A stretch of DNA of 64,000 nucleotides from Spirochaetota bacterium (GTDB lineage: Bacteria; Spirochaetota; UBA4802; UBA5550), in the NCBI GenBank assembly GCA_963663865.1, contig OY760686.1, positions 2,848,001 to 2,912,000 on the forward strand, written 5' to 3'. Below the pieces are notes generated by a model. The model did no database searches, was not told the DNA's origin, and was given only the letters and a program-made list of their open reading frames with translations. Of the stretch, positions 28,749 through 37,907 are shown in pieces. Position numbers and translations under genes: made by a program. Every line of letters begins with the position of its first letter. Position 1 is the first letter of the stretch.

Positions 28749-31700
28749 GGGTTATGATGCTCACATCATCATCTCCATACCGTATATTTCTGCCTGTCCC
28801 CTTCATAGCCTTCATGAGAGATTCATTAAACTCTTCCGGAAGAAGAGAATAGTCACATCCCTCAAGAACTTCCTTTAGATAGCGCTCATCCTTGAGCACC
28901 CTTCTCTCCTTCTCAGCTGGAATCGACACCGCCCCGAAGTCGTCGATCAGTCCATCGGTGTACATTACAAGCGCCGCTCCGGGACTAAATGGAAGGGTGT
29001 GTGTTTCGTAACGGGCGTCATGCTTAAGTCCGATAATCGGGCCCTTGGGCCTGCACGAATGAAGAACGCCCTCGGCATCGCGCATATACTGTTCAGGATG
29101 TCCCGCCACCGCAAAGGTTATTTTATCGTGCTCAAGGTCAATCTGAGCGAGGGCGCAGGTAAAAATAATATTATTGCTGCTGTGTTCAAGACAGAATTTG
29201 CTGTTCAGCCCTCGAATAATCTCTCCGGGGGTCATGCCACTCTTCTTCAAAAGGTTATATTCAGACATTATTGTAATTGAATTGAGCGACGCGTTTATGC
29301 CGTGCCCCGTCGCATCGGCCAGAAAGACATTGATGGTCCCATCCGGAAGCTCATATATGTCATATAGGTCGCCTCCAATCTCAATGAGAGGCTGATACGT
29401 CACGCTGAAGGCGACCCTGTCGGTCCTCACATCTGAAGCCATAAGTCTGGCGATAAAGCTCTTGGATATTTCAAGGTCACGGACAATAATCTCTTCCCAC
29501 TCCTTCATCTTGTCAACGGTATGAGATAGCTGTCTTCCCCTTTCAACGAGTGATGATTCGAGAACTTGCTTTTTGTCTGTCAGGTCTCTTCTTATGCGCT
29601 TCTCCATCTCAAACATGTGCTTCATGACGAGCTGATTCTGTACCCTGACCAGAAGCTCCCTCGGATTATAAGGCTTGGTTAGATAGTCGCTGCATCCGAT
29701 AGTGAAGCTTTTTACCAGGTCTTCAAGCTGGTTCTTGGCCGAAACCATTATCACCGGGATATAAGCATCCGGATATCTCGTCTTGAGAGAGGTTAAGATT
29801 TCATATCCGCTTACTCTGGGAAGCATTATATCAAGGAGTATGAGCTGAGGCTTCTCGGCATCGAGCATATCATAGGCCTGCATAGCGTCCGAGGCGGTCA
29901 ACACCCTGTATCCCTCATCAATGAGAATCCGCTTTAGAACATGCAGGCTGACCTCGTCGTCGTCAACGGCCATAATCAGCTCCCCGGCAAGGGGTGATGC
30001 TTCATATTTTGTATCAGGAATTGAGTCAGCAGCGATCTTTCGGTCAACTTCGGTTGATATTTCGCCCTCAGCAGCTCTGTGCTCCCCACGACTCATGGCA
30101 ATTGAAGAGACTAAAATAGAGTGTTCAAACGGAAGAAACACTGTGAACATGCTTCCGCGGCCAGGGGTGCTTGCCGCTTTGATTGTGCCTCCATGCAGCT
30201 CCACAAGCTTCTTTGTTATGGCAAGACCAAGTCCTGCTCCGCCCGCCATTCTCGTGTCGGCTGAGTCGGCCTGAACATATGGATCCCATATCTTTTCAAT
30301 TCGGTCCGGTTCAATACCCACTCCTGTGTCAGACACCCTGATTGTTATACCGTCATCGCCGGCACCCGCGCTGATAGCTATGCTCCCCCTTTCTGTATAC
30401 TTTGCGGCATTTCCGAGAATGTTCAGCAATATCTGTTCAATACGGTTCTTATCGCCGATTATTACAGGAAGCCCTGCCGGAACCGCGGAGTGCACCTCGA
30501 CAGGCCTGTCGCCGAGCAGACCCCTTATGAGAGATACGATTGATGGAATAGTCTCGGACAGCCTGACAGGTCCCACCATCAAGTCCGCCCTGTCAGCCCT
30601 GAGCTTGCTGAAGTCCAGAATCTCATTGACGAGGGAAGTAAGCCTTTTTGAGCTTGAGGCAATATAGGAAATATCCTCTCGCTGAGTCGTGTTAAGCGGC
30701 CCGGATCGCTCCGTAAGAAGGGTTTCAGCCAGCCCGGTAATTCCGTGGAGCGGAGTCCTCAGCTCATGAGATGTAGTCGCAAGAAAATCATCCTTCATCC
30801 GGTCAAGCACAAGCAGATCACCATGCGCGGTTTCAAGCTGCGTGTGCACCTTCGCAAATCGCGACGCCAGCGCCGAAGCGAAGATTAGTGTCATTGCAAA
30901 ATATCCCTCGGCTGTAAGGTCCGGCACATAGAGTATATCAAGGAAGCTCAGGCTGTTAATGATAAATACCGATGCCAGTACGCTCATTGACACCAGAATG
31001 TAAGCGGCATATGGCCTTTTAAGCCGAAAGCCCTTAATTGAAAGCCAGAGCGCGTAAAGAAAAACCGCGAGAGACTGCATTATGAAGCCGTCGTAAAGGT
31101 ACTCGGCTGTAAATGAAATATCATCATGAATTATGCATTCCGCCAGCACTGCAGCAGCGAAAAGCGAATTCACCGCGACAATAACCTTGATCAGGTTGTT
31201 CCTTCTGAATCCTAAAAATGAGTTAACGAATGAAACAAGCGACATGCATATTACGGCCGCGCAGAAATATGTTGAAACAACATACGCAAGATGCGAATCG
31301 ATAACCCACAGTACAAAGCCCTGGTAGCCTATTATGAATCCGGCGGCAGATAAAGCCAGTATGGAAAAATACAGATAGTAATGCTCTTTGCGCCTGAAAA
31401 AAAAGATAAGGCCGAAAAAGAAGACCAGAAAAGCGCTCAGCGACGAAAGAAAGATGTTCCAGACAAAGCCTCTCAACCAGAACGACCTTGCTTCAGGCTC
31501 CGCAGCAATCCTAACCGGAGCCGATATGCCCCCCTTAAAGTCCAGAAATCCGGATTTCACAGCGATAACATTACCGCCCTCTTTCAGAAGTCCGGAAGGA
31601 AGGGTTACGATGTCGGGTTTTCCCGGAATACGCTCAAAGCTGCCTGAAGCGTCAGTCCGTCGCGAGGAATAAAAAAGGCTGCCGTTAAGATACCACTCTG

Positions 31701-32055
31701 TTCCGGAATACTGCATGGGAAGAATCAGCGCGAGCCTGGTACCGCCGGACTTATTGTTTAAAAGAAGCCTGTACCAGGAATTCTCTCTGTGGTTCTTGAA
31801 CTTCTCATACATGTTCCACAGATAGTAGGGATGCACATAGTCCCAGTCCTCAAGATAGTGATCGGGCCTGGAATAAGCGGGGTCGTCATCAGCCTTAAAA
31901 AACCACCTGTTTTCGATTGTCTGTACTCTGCTTAGATCACCGCTTTGTATCTCGAAAATTCCGTCTGATGCGGTTGAGGCCTGTACCGACAAAACAGCCG
32001 GGCCCGAGAATAGAATTCCCAGGCCCAGACATAAAATGTAATAAATCCTATTCAC
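28732..32055 (-). CDS. Hybrid sensor: periplasmic jelly-roll + 7TM-DISM-like region + histidine kinase + receiver + SpoIIE/PP2C phosphatase
   Basis: Signal peptide and about 7 TM segments; H-box TSHELRTPL; NILGNAAKYT, DTGVGI, GAGLGL; REC (VDDD, LLDIMLP, TKP); PP2C (IGGDLYD, LADATGHG, YTDGL, DDVS). Confidence 0.92.
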   Translation of the reverse strand: MNRIYYILCLGLGILFSGPAVLSVQASTASDGIFEIQSGDLSRVQTIENRWFFKADDDPAYSRPDHYLEDWDYVHPYYLWNMYEKFKNHRENSWYRLLLNNKSGGTRLALILPMQYSGTEWYLNGSLFYSSRRTDASGSFERIPGKPDIVTLPSGLLKEGGNVIAVKSGFLDFKGGISAPVRIAAEPEARSFWLRGFVWNIFLSSLSAFLVFFFGLIFFFRRKEHYYLYFSILALSAAGFIIGYQGFVLWVIDSHLAYVVSTYFCAAVICMSLVSFVNSFLGFRRNNLIKVIVAVNSLFAAAVLAECIIHDDISFTAEYLYDGFIMQSLAVFLYALWLSIKGFRLKRPYAAYILVSMSVLASVFIINSLSFLDILYVPDLTAEGYFAMTLIFASALASRFAKVHTQLETAHGDLLVLDRMKDDFLATTSHELRTPLHGITGLAETLLTERSGPLNTTQREDISYIASSSKRLTSLVNEILDFSKLRADRADLMVGPVRLSETIPSIVSLIRGLLGDRPVEVHSAVPAGLPVIIGDKNRIEQILLNILGNAAKYTERGSIAISAGAGDDGITIRVSDTGVGIEPDRIEKIWDPYVQADSADTRMAGGAGLGLAITKKLVELHGGTIKAASTPGRGSMFTVFLPFEHSILVSSIAMSRGEHRAAEGEISTEVDRKIAADSIPDTKYEASPLAGELIMAVDDDEVSLHVLKRILIDEGYRVLTASDAMQAYDMLDAEKPQLILLDIMLPRVSGYEILTSLKTRYPDAYIPVIMVSAKNQLEDLVKSFTIGCSDYLTKPYNPRELLVRVQNQLVMKHMFEMEKRIRRDLTDKKQVLESSLVERGRQLSHTVDKMKEWEEIIVRDLEISKSFIARLMASDVRTDRVAFSVTYQPLIEIGGDLYDIYELPDGTINVFLADATGHGINASLNSITIMSEYNLLKKSGMTPGEIIRGLNSKFCLEHSSNNIIFTCALAQIDLEHDKITFAVAGHPEQYMRDAEGVLHSCRPKGPIIGLKHDARYETHTLPFSPGAALVMYTDGLIDDFGAVSIPAEKERRVLKDERYLKEVLEGCDYSLLPEEFNESLMKAMKGTGRNIRYGDDDVSIITLRRMS

Positions 32056-32074
32056 TTAATCAGGAAAAAGGTTA

Positions 32075-32290
32075 TCAGTACGGTCCCCTGACGGCCGCGT
32101 CACCAAGCTCAACCACTCTGTCCTTCTTGTCGATGATATCCGAGCAGATATCACCGCTGACGCTGTACCCCTGCGAGCTGAACCATTTTGCCAGAGCTCC
32201 AGCATCAGCTTCCGCTACTGTATCCATAAACCCCTTCAAAAGACCCTCGTCCTTTGACGCATCCGCCACGAAATCGATAAAACTCTTCAT
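32075..32290 (-). CDS. Nif11-like leader peptide, putative RiPP precursor (71 aa)
   Basis: GAGAGG RBS before ATG at 32290. MKSFIDFVADASKDEGLLKGF..ALAKWFSSQGYSVSGD resembles the Nif11 leader pattern F...DxxL...A..GY.(F/V)(S/T). Tail ..ELGDAAVRGPY. Confidence 0.7.
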   Translation of the reverse strand: MKSFIDFVADASKDEGLLKGFMDTVAEADAGALAKWFSSQGYSVSGDICSDIIDKKDRVVELGDAAVRGPY

Positions 32291-32521
32291 GCTACACCTC
32301 TCTTCATTGTATTTAAGCTTCAACCGGCAAGGCCGGGAAAGGGACAGAATGATTCCAAAAAAAAACATTTTACTGACATTACGTCAACAATAATTCTTGT
32401 TATGACTCAGCACGCAAAAATAATTACGGAAACGTTTTTTTTCATTTATCTCTAATCGGTCTGAAGTGAGTTGACAAAGCCGCGTTCTGCTTCAACTATT
32501 GCGGCATAAGATATATAAACC

Positions 32522-33337
32522 ATGGAGAGACAGTTGAGATTCTATTCAACAATACTGCTCATAATAACATCGCTTGTTTTTTTGAGGGGAGATGTCGGCG
32601 CCGCTCAGGGAGTAAACTTATCCGCCTCCCTGTCCCCTTCAGGATGGTCAAAGCTGGCTATGCCGTACACAGGCGAGTCCAACGGCACAGCAATCTCCGA
32701 TTCAGGTGTGCCCTCATTTCCCGGCACATCATCGTGCTATTCTCTCTCAGCCGCATACTACTACGAAAAATTTCAGGCCGGCATTTCGGCGTCAAGATTC
32801 AGCTCGGACAGCATGAGCTTCCCCGCCGGCAACAGTGAAGCGCTGTCTACCTCGGAGGCGGCCACTCTGCGTTTTGACGCGGGCCTGAGACTCGCAGAAG
32901 ATGAGTCAGCCTCCTCCAGCTTTATCTTCGTAAGCGCTCTCAGAAACAGCCTTTCATTTTCCTACGGCTCCTCCGAATCCACCGGATGGGGAGGCGCGGC
33001 AGGATTCAGAGGCTTCTACACTATACTTTCAGCCGGTAATTTTGAGTTCGCGTGGGGTGCTGAGTTGCTGATCGGCCGATTCTACAAAGCCGATTTCACC
33101 TCAGATCTGGGTTTTTCAGAGCCTCACAAGACAGAATCTCTTTACGCCTCGGCTTCAATCACTGCCGGAGTGTGTTTTGTCCCATGGGGGACTTCACTGC
33201 TGCTGAAAGCCTCGTCTGAAGCAGTCCACACAGCCTACAGCGCCATGCTCGGGCCTGATCGCATTGATGTTTCCTTCAGGTCTGTAGGCGTATACGCCGG
33301 ATTTGAAATTGTCTATTGCGGGGCCTGGGACAGATGA
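32522..33337 (+). CDS. Exported protein, probable outer-membrane beta-barrel
   Basis: Signal peptide; Gly/Ser/aromatic-rich amphipathic strands. Confidence 0.5.
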   Translation: MERQLRFYSTILLIITSLVFLRGDVGAAQGVNLSASLSPSGWSKLAMPYTGESNGTAISDSGVPSFPGTSSCYSLSAAYYYEKFQAGISASRFSSDSMSFPAGNSEALSTSEAATLRFDAGLRLAEDESASSSFIFVSALRNSLSFSYGSSESTGWGGAAGFRGFYTILSAGNFEFAWGAELLIGRFYKADFTSDLGFSEPHKTESLYASASITAGVCFVPWGTSLLLKASSEAVHTAYSAMLGPDRIDVSFRSVGVYAGFEIVYCGAWDR

Positions 33338-33786
33338 GGCATTTTCTTTTCATAACTGCAGCGGCTGTTCTGACAGCCGGCTGCTCATCTCACGGTACAG
33401 GCTTGAAATACAGCGATCCGATTTACGAAGAAGCAGGTTTTATAAACTACGAGTATTCCAACCGTGGAATCAGCGATGAGCTCGCTCTGCAGAACTGCCA
33501 CATCAGACTGCGAATTGACAGGCCCGAGTCAGAATTCACTGTAACAGCGGCCCCCTCAAGGCTAAGAAGAGCAGGAGCTCTTTCCGGGACAGCCATACTC
33601 AGGGCCCGGTCCGACAGCTCCGGGAAGGTCATATCGGTGAGCTTCCTGAAGCGCGCAGGCCTTGGCCTTGACAGCGAGGCAGAAGCCATTGTCAGAAAAA
33701 TGAAGCTGAAACCCCTGCTGAAACAGGGTCGGCCTCTTCCCTCAGAGGTCACCGTGCGCGTTGTATTTCCAGGAGGCCGCCCATGA
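33334..33786 (+). CDS. TonB C-terminal domain lipoprotein
   Basis: Lipobox LTAGC; GTAILRARSDSSGKVISV..GLGLDSEAEAIVRKMKLKP..GRP..VRVVF. Confidence 0.75.
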   Translation: MRHFLFITAAAVLTAGCSSHGTGLKYSDPIYEEAGFINYEYSNRGISDELALQNCHIRLRIDRPESEFTVTAAPSRLRRAGALSGTAILRARSDSSGKVISVSFLKRAGLGLDSEAEAIVRKMKLKPLLKQGRPLPSEVTVRVVFPGGRP

Positions 33787-35963
33787 GATTAGCGGCCGCC
33801 CTCATCATCCTCATAGCTTCAAGCGCCGCCGCTGCCGCTTTCACCCTTTCGGGGTCGGTGTTTGATGCTGACAGCGGCAAGCCCCTGAACAATGCAACGG
33901 TTGGCATCATGGAACATGGAGCCGTAGCAGAAAGCGGCAGCGGCGGCGTCTTCGTAATCAGAGACATACCCCGGTCTGTCTGTACCGTCACTGTGACAGC
34001 AACCGGCTACCGGGCTTATGAACGGAAAATCAGCCTCAACAGGGACAGAAGCATCACCGTGCGGATGGAGAAGGATCCGTACCTCCAGGAGTTAATATCC
34101 CCCCCTGAAAAAAAAGAAGGACAGCCGGGCTATAAAAGCATCTCCAGAGAAGACATCAAGAAGTATCCAATGCGGGGCTTCGGGGACTCACTGCACCTGC
34201 TGCAGTCATTGCCGGGCATTGGAGGCGGATCATCGCTCTCCACAGTCCCCATTATAAGGGGGCAGAACCCGCTTTACACGAAATACTACATTGACGGGGT
34301 TCCCGTTGACTTCCCTTACCACTACGCTGCGGCCTTCATGCCGATGCTCTCGTCCCTTAACGAAGAGAGCATCGACTCGGCATCGCTTAACAGCGGCCCC
34401 GGATCGTCAGCGCTCGGCGACAATCTCGGAGCAGCTGTTATTATAAACACCAGAAGCGCTGAAGCCCCGGGGCTGAACGCCAGAATCCACATTGACCCGT
34501 TCCTTCCGCTCTTCCCCGGCATCTCATTTACCGCTGTACCTTACGCGGGCTTCTCCGCCTCCGGGAACGCCAGGCGCACAACGGCAGACATTCTCGGCGA
34601 CTTCGAGTACACTGATTCATCCATGCGAGACCACTTTCTCAAGCTTGAATGGAATCCGCACAGCAGCCACAGGCTCACGGCATTTACCACTGGCTCATCG
34701 GACAGCTTCAGCTACAAAAAATGGAATGCCGAGTCATCATCTTCGGTGTCATCGGCGCTTCACGAATTTGCCTTCAACGACATGATCGCGGTCAGAACAC
34801 GTCTTTCGCATTACGGATGGGAACAGAGCTTTGAAAACAAACAGCTTTACGAAAACGGAACCGGCGCCCGTGTCGTCTTCAACCCTTCCGAGACAAGGTT
34901 TTACCAGGAAGCTTTTTACGCGCATGACAGCTTCAGCGCTTCAGTAGGCTGGGAATATGCCGCCTACAGCGGAGGCTGCCGCGGGAATATCAGCCTTGAG
35001 CAGATAGGCGACATTGACCTGCCAGACCTCTCGTCGCTGAACGAATACCTGGTCTTTCCGGTCGAAGGCAGGGGGCTTTCATCTTTCTGCTCAGCACAGG
35101 GCTCTTTCGGCAAATACTCCGGAGAACTCGCCCTGCGCTATGAGCATTACGGCCCGCTCGACACCCACTCCGTGACCTGGTCGGCAAAAGCCGCCATGTC
35201 TGTGCTGAAGGGACTGTCCGTTTATCTCTCTGCAGGTCGCTCAGAAGCTCATCCGGACATATACTACTACCTGGGCAGCTCAGAGCCGGACTTCAGGAAC
35301 GCTTCATCGCTGAGCTTTGAAGCCGGCGCGGAGGCTTCCGCGCTCAAAATCTTCACGTTCAACGCGGCGCTTTACACGGCTGACTACGACAACCTCAATC
35401 CGGGGGCTGTTTACACAGTAAGCGACGAATATCTCAAGCGCCTTCTGCAGATACACCCGTTCTCCGATGAAAACAGCGGCCGAAGCTTCGGCAGCGAACT
35501 CAGCGCCGCGTGGAATTACAAAAGGCTTTCCGGCAGGGCCGCTTACTCATTCTGTTCGACAAAGATGAATACCTCAAGCGGCCAGGAAGCTCCCTCAGAG
35601 TTTTCGCAGTCCCACATATTCCGCCTGCTTCTCGATACGCATTCGGGACGATGGACCTGGTCGCTCATCTGGAGCGCCTATTCCTCACTACCGTACACCC
35701 CTGTAACTTCACAGTCTGAGAACGGAACGGCTTACGGGGACTACAACTCCGCCCGCTTCAACGCGCACAACAGGGTCGACCTGAAAGCCGCCTACACATT
35801 TCCGGGCGGCTCGCGAATCTCAGTCGAGCTGTGGAACGCTTTCTTCCAGAGCAATACCGTATTCGAGTACTACAGAGAAGGCCGCGCGCTGAGCTCATCA
35901 AACCCGGAAAAGTTCGACGACATTCCGGTATTTCTCTGGGTCGCCGCCGAGGTTTCCCTGTGA
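33783..35963 (+). CDS. TonB-dependent receptor with N-terminal carboxypeptidase-regulatory-like domain
   Basis: LSGSVFDADSGKPLNNATV; plug motif LQSLPGI..IIRG..YYIDGVPV; barrel strands; YNSARF..HNRVDLK. Confidence 0.88.
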   Translation: MRLAAALIILIASSAAAAAFTLSGSVFDADSGKPLNNATVGIMEHGAVAESGSGGVFVIRDIPRSVCTVTVTATGYRAYERKISLNRDRSITVRMEKDPYLQELISPPEKKEGQPGYKSISREDIKKYPMRGFGDSLHLLQSLPGIGGGSSLSTVPIIRGQNPLYTKYYIDGVPVDFPYHYAAAFMPMLSSLNEESIDSASLNSGPGSSALGDNLGAAVIINTRSAEAPGLNARIHIDPFLPLFPGISFTAVPYAGFSASGNARRTTADILGDFEYTDSSMRDHFLKLEWNPHSSHRLTAFTTGSSDSFSYKKWNAESSSSVSSALHEFAFNDMIAVRTRLSHYGWEQSFENKQLYENGTGARVVFNPSETRFYQEAFYAHDSFSASVGWEYAAYSGGCRGNISLEQIGDIDLPDLSSLNEYLVFPVEGRGLSSFCSAQGSFGKYSGELALRYEHYGPLDTHSVTWSAKAAMSVLKGLSVYLSAGRSEAHPDIYYYLGSSEPDFRNASSLSFEAGAEASALKIFTFNAALYTADYDNLNPGAVYTVSDEYLKRLLQIHPFSDENSGRSFGSELSAAWNYKRLSGRAAYSFCSTKMNTSSGQEAPSEFSQSHIFRLLLDTHSGRWTWSLIWSAYSSLPYTPVTSQSENGTAYGDYNSARFNAHNRVDLKAAYTFPGGSRISVELWNAFFQSNTVFEYYREGRALSSSNPEKFDDIPVFLWVAAEVSL

Positions 35964-37771
35964 AGCGTTTAATGCTCATATTTCTGCTTTTTATTTTAGG
36001 GGCGAATGTGCACGCGGAGATTTACGACTCCCCGTTTCACAACAGGCAGGTCTACAGCGAAAATGCCGATATCCTCAAGAGAATAATTTCGCGCGGGCAG
36101 CACAGGACTGCTGACATAGAGACGCTCGTAAAATACCTGTACGCGCTTGAAAGCTTTAAGGAAGTCATTCAGTGGTCCGGCAGGATAAAGCCCTCTGAAA
36201 GAAGCACTGAAGTCCTCTACATGAGGGCCTCATCTTACGCCGCGCTTTCCGAGTACGCCTCTGCAGCAAGAGAGCTTGAAGAGCTTTTCAGACATCGTGG
36301 CACTGGCCGCTCTGATGCCGCACGCATCCGAGAACAGATAGCCATTCTGCGCTCATCGCTTCCAACATCAGGAAGGCCCGAGTTCAGCCGTCCGCACCCT
36401 GACGGGAGCGGCCTGACACCGATTGGACGCATCGACATGAAATCACTGACAATTCTCGCTGACAGAGCCCGCAGCAGGTTCATCCTCTGGGATGACAGGG
36501 GCAAAGAGGTCAAAGAACTGCCGCCTGCGCTGTACGGGCTTTCTCCGTCCAGCCTTGAATATCTGTCTGTTTCCGCCGACGGACGTGAGCTTCTCGCCAG
36601 CGTCCGTGACGAGGACTCGGCAGAGATACTATACGCCAGAAGGTCATCCGCTGATGAAAAACCCGACTGGGTATCGCCCTTCATCCTTAATCTCGGAACA
36701 GTCAACACATCAGCGCACTTCATGCCCGATGGAATTCACGCGGTCTTCACGTCTTCACGCGGCTTCGGAGGGGGGCTTGATATCTATTCTGTCCGGCGCG
36801 ATGAAGACGGAGGCTGGTCTGACGTGAGAAGAATCGAAGGAGCAAACACCCCGCACGATGAGCCCTCAGTCTTTATTCACCCTGACGGCGAAACGCTTTA
36901 CTTTTCAAGCGGGGGCCTGCCCGGTCAGGGCGGCTTTGACCTCTTTACGGCCAGGCTGCTAAAGAAGGGATTGTCGTTCAAAACAGCCGATATCCGACCC
37001 CTTAAACCGTTTAACACCTGGCGCAACGAAGCGCGAGTACCGGTCATACCAGCTGACTCATCACAGGCATATCTTGCCTTCACAATCAATGGAAGAGACA
37101 GCGTCTACAGCGGCCTGCTCCGAGGCTACATGCCCGCGCCGGTCGCGCTTGTCAACATTAGGACGGCTGACGCCTCGTCGAAGGAGCCATTGACAGCAAT
37201 GGTCAAGGTCATAGGAGGCGACAGACCGGAGTCAGATCCATCCGTTTATATCAACATTACTGACAACCAGGGGAATGCCCGCTTCGCGCTCGAGAGGGGC
37301 AGACAGTACACTATTACGCTCTGGTCACAGGGATTTCTCTACGAATCGCTGGAGCTTAATGTTCCTCATGGCGCCGACAGGGTTGACAGGAGCTGCTATC
37401 TCAGGAAGGGCGCCATTAAAAGCGGCTACTCGTTCCTTGCCGACAGAATCTACTTCGACACCGGTTCATATTCAATACGCAGGGAATCCCAGCCCGAGCT
37501 CGAACGCCTCTACGACTTTCTGCATAAAAACCGCGGCCTTGACGTTATAATCTCAGGCTACACCGACAATGTCGGCGGTTACGAGTACAACATGAAGCTT
37601 TCGAGAAAAAGGGCAGAAGCAATCGCAGGCTATCTTAAAAAACGGGGCATCAGCAGATGGCGAATCGAAACAGAGGGCTTCGGTTACACCCGCAGCATCG
37701 CCCCGAACACGACCGAAGAGGAAAGGCGTAAAAACAGGCGTGTTGAAATCACCGTTACTTCATCAGAATAA
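35960..37771 (+). CDS. OmpA-family protein with TPR-like and PD40 repeats
   Basis: GTG start overlapping the TBDR stop; signal peptide. PD40 (PSVFIHPDGETLYFSSGGLPGQGGFDLF); OmpA_C (IYFDTGS..GYTDNVG..YNMKLSRKRAEA..NRRVEI). Confidence 0.9.
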   Translation: MKRLMLIFLLFILGANVHAEIYDSPFHNRQVYSENADILKRIISRGQHRTADIETLVKYLYALESFKEVIQWSGRIKPSERSTEVLYMRASSYAALSEYASAARELEELFRHRGTGRSDAARIREQIAILRSSLPTSGRPEFSRPHPDGSGLTPIGRIDMKSLTILADRARSRFILWDDRGKEVKELPPALYGLSPSSLEYLSVSADGRELLASVRDEDSAEILYARRSSADEKPDWVSPFILNLGTVNTSAHFMPDGIHAVFTSSRGFGGGLDIYSVRRDEDGGWSDVRRIEGANTPHDEPSVFIHPDGETLYFSSGGLPGQGGFDLFTARLLKKGLSFKTADIRPLKPFNTWRNEARVPVIPADSSQAYLAFTINGRDSVYSGLLRGYMPAPVALVNIRTADASSKEPLTAMVKVIGGDRPESDPSVYINITDNQGNARFALERGRQYTITLWSQGFLYESLELNVPHGADRVDRSCYLRKGAIKSGYSFLADRIYFDTGSYSIRRESQPELERLYDFLHKNRGLDVIISGYTDNVGGYEYNMKLSRKRAEAIAGYLKKRGISRWRIETEGFGYTRSIAPNTTEEERRKNRRVEITVTSSE

Positions 37772-37907
37772 AATATTCCCTTGACGATGAGCCTTTTTTT
37801 TATTATATTCACCGGATTTCCCTTCTGGAAGTCCGTTCCTGTCGGTGCCAGGCTTTTTTGCCCGGCTGAGATGGGGACGATGACAGAAAAATACTCTGGA
37901 GAAAACA

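Noticed and set aside
37844-37875. TPP-riboswitch-like GGTGC..GCTGAGA upstream of the YD-like lipoprotein
   Set aside because: The downstream CCC and CTGAT..GCGTAGGGA half of the aptamer is missing, and there is no thiamine-related context.
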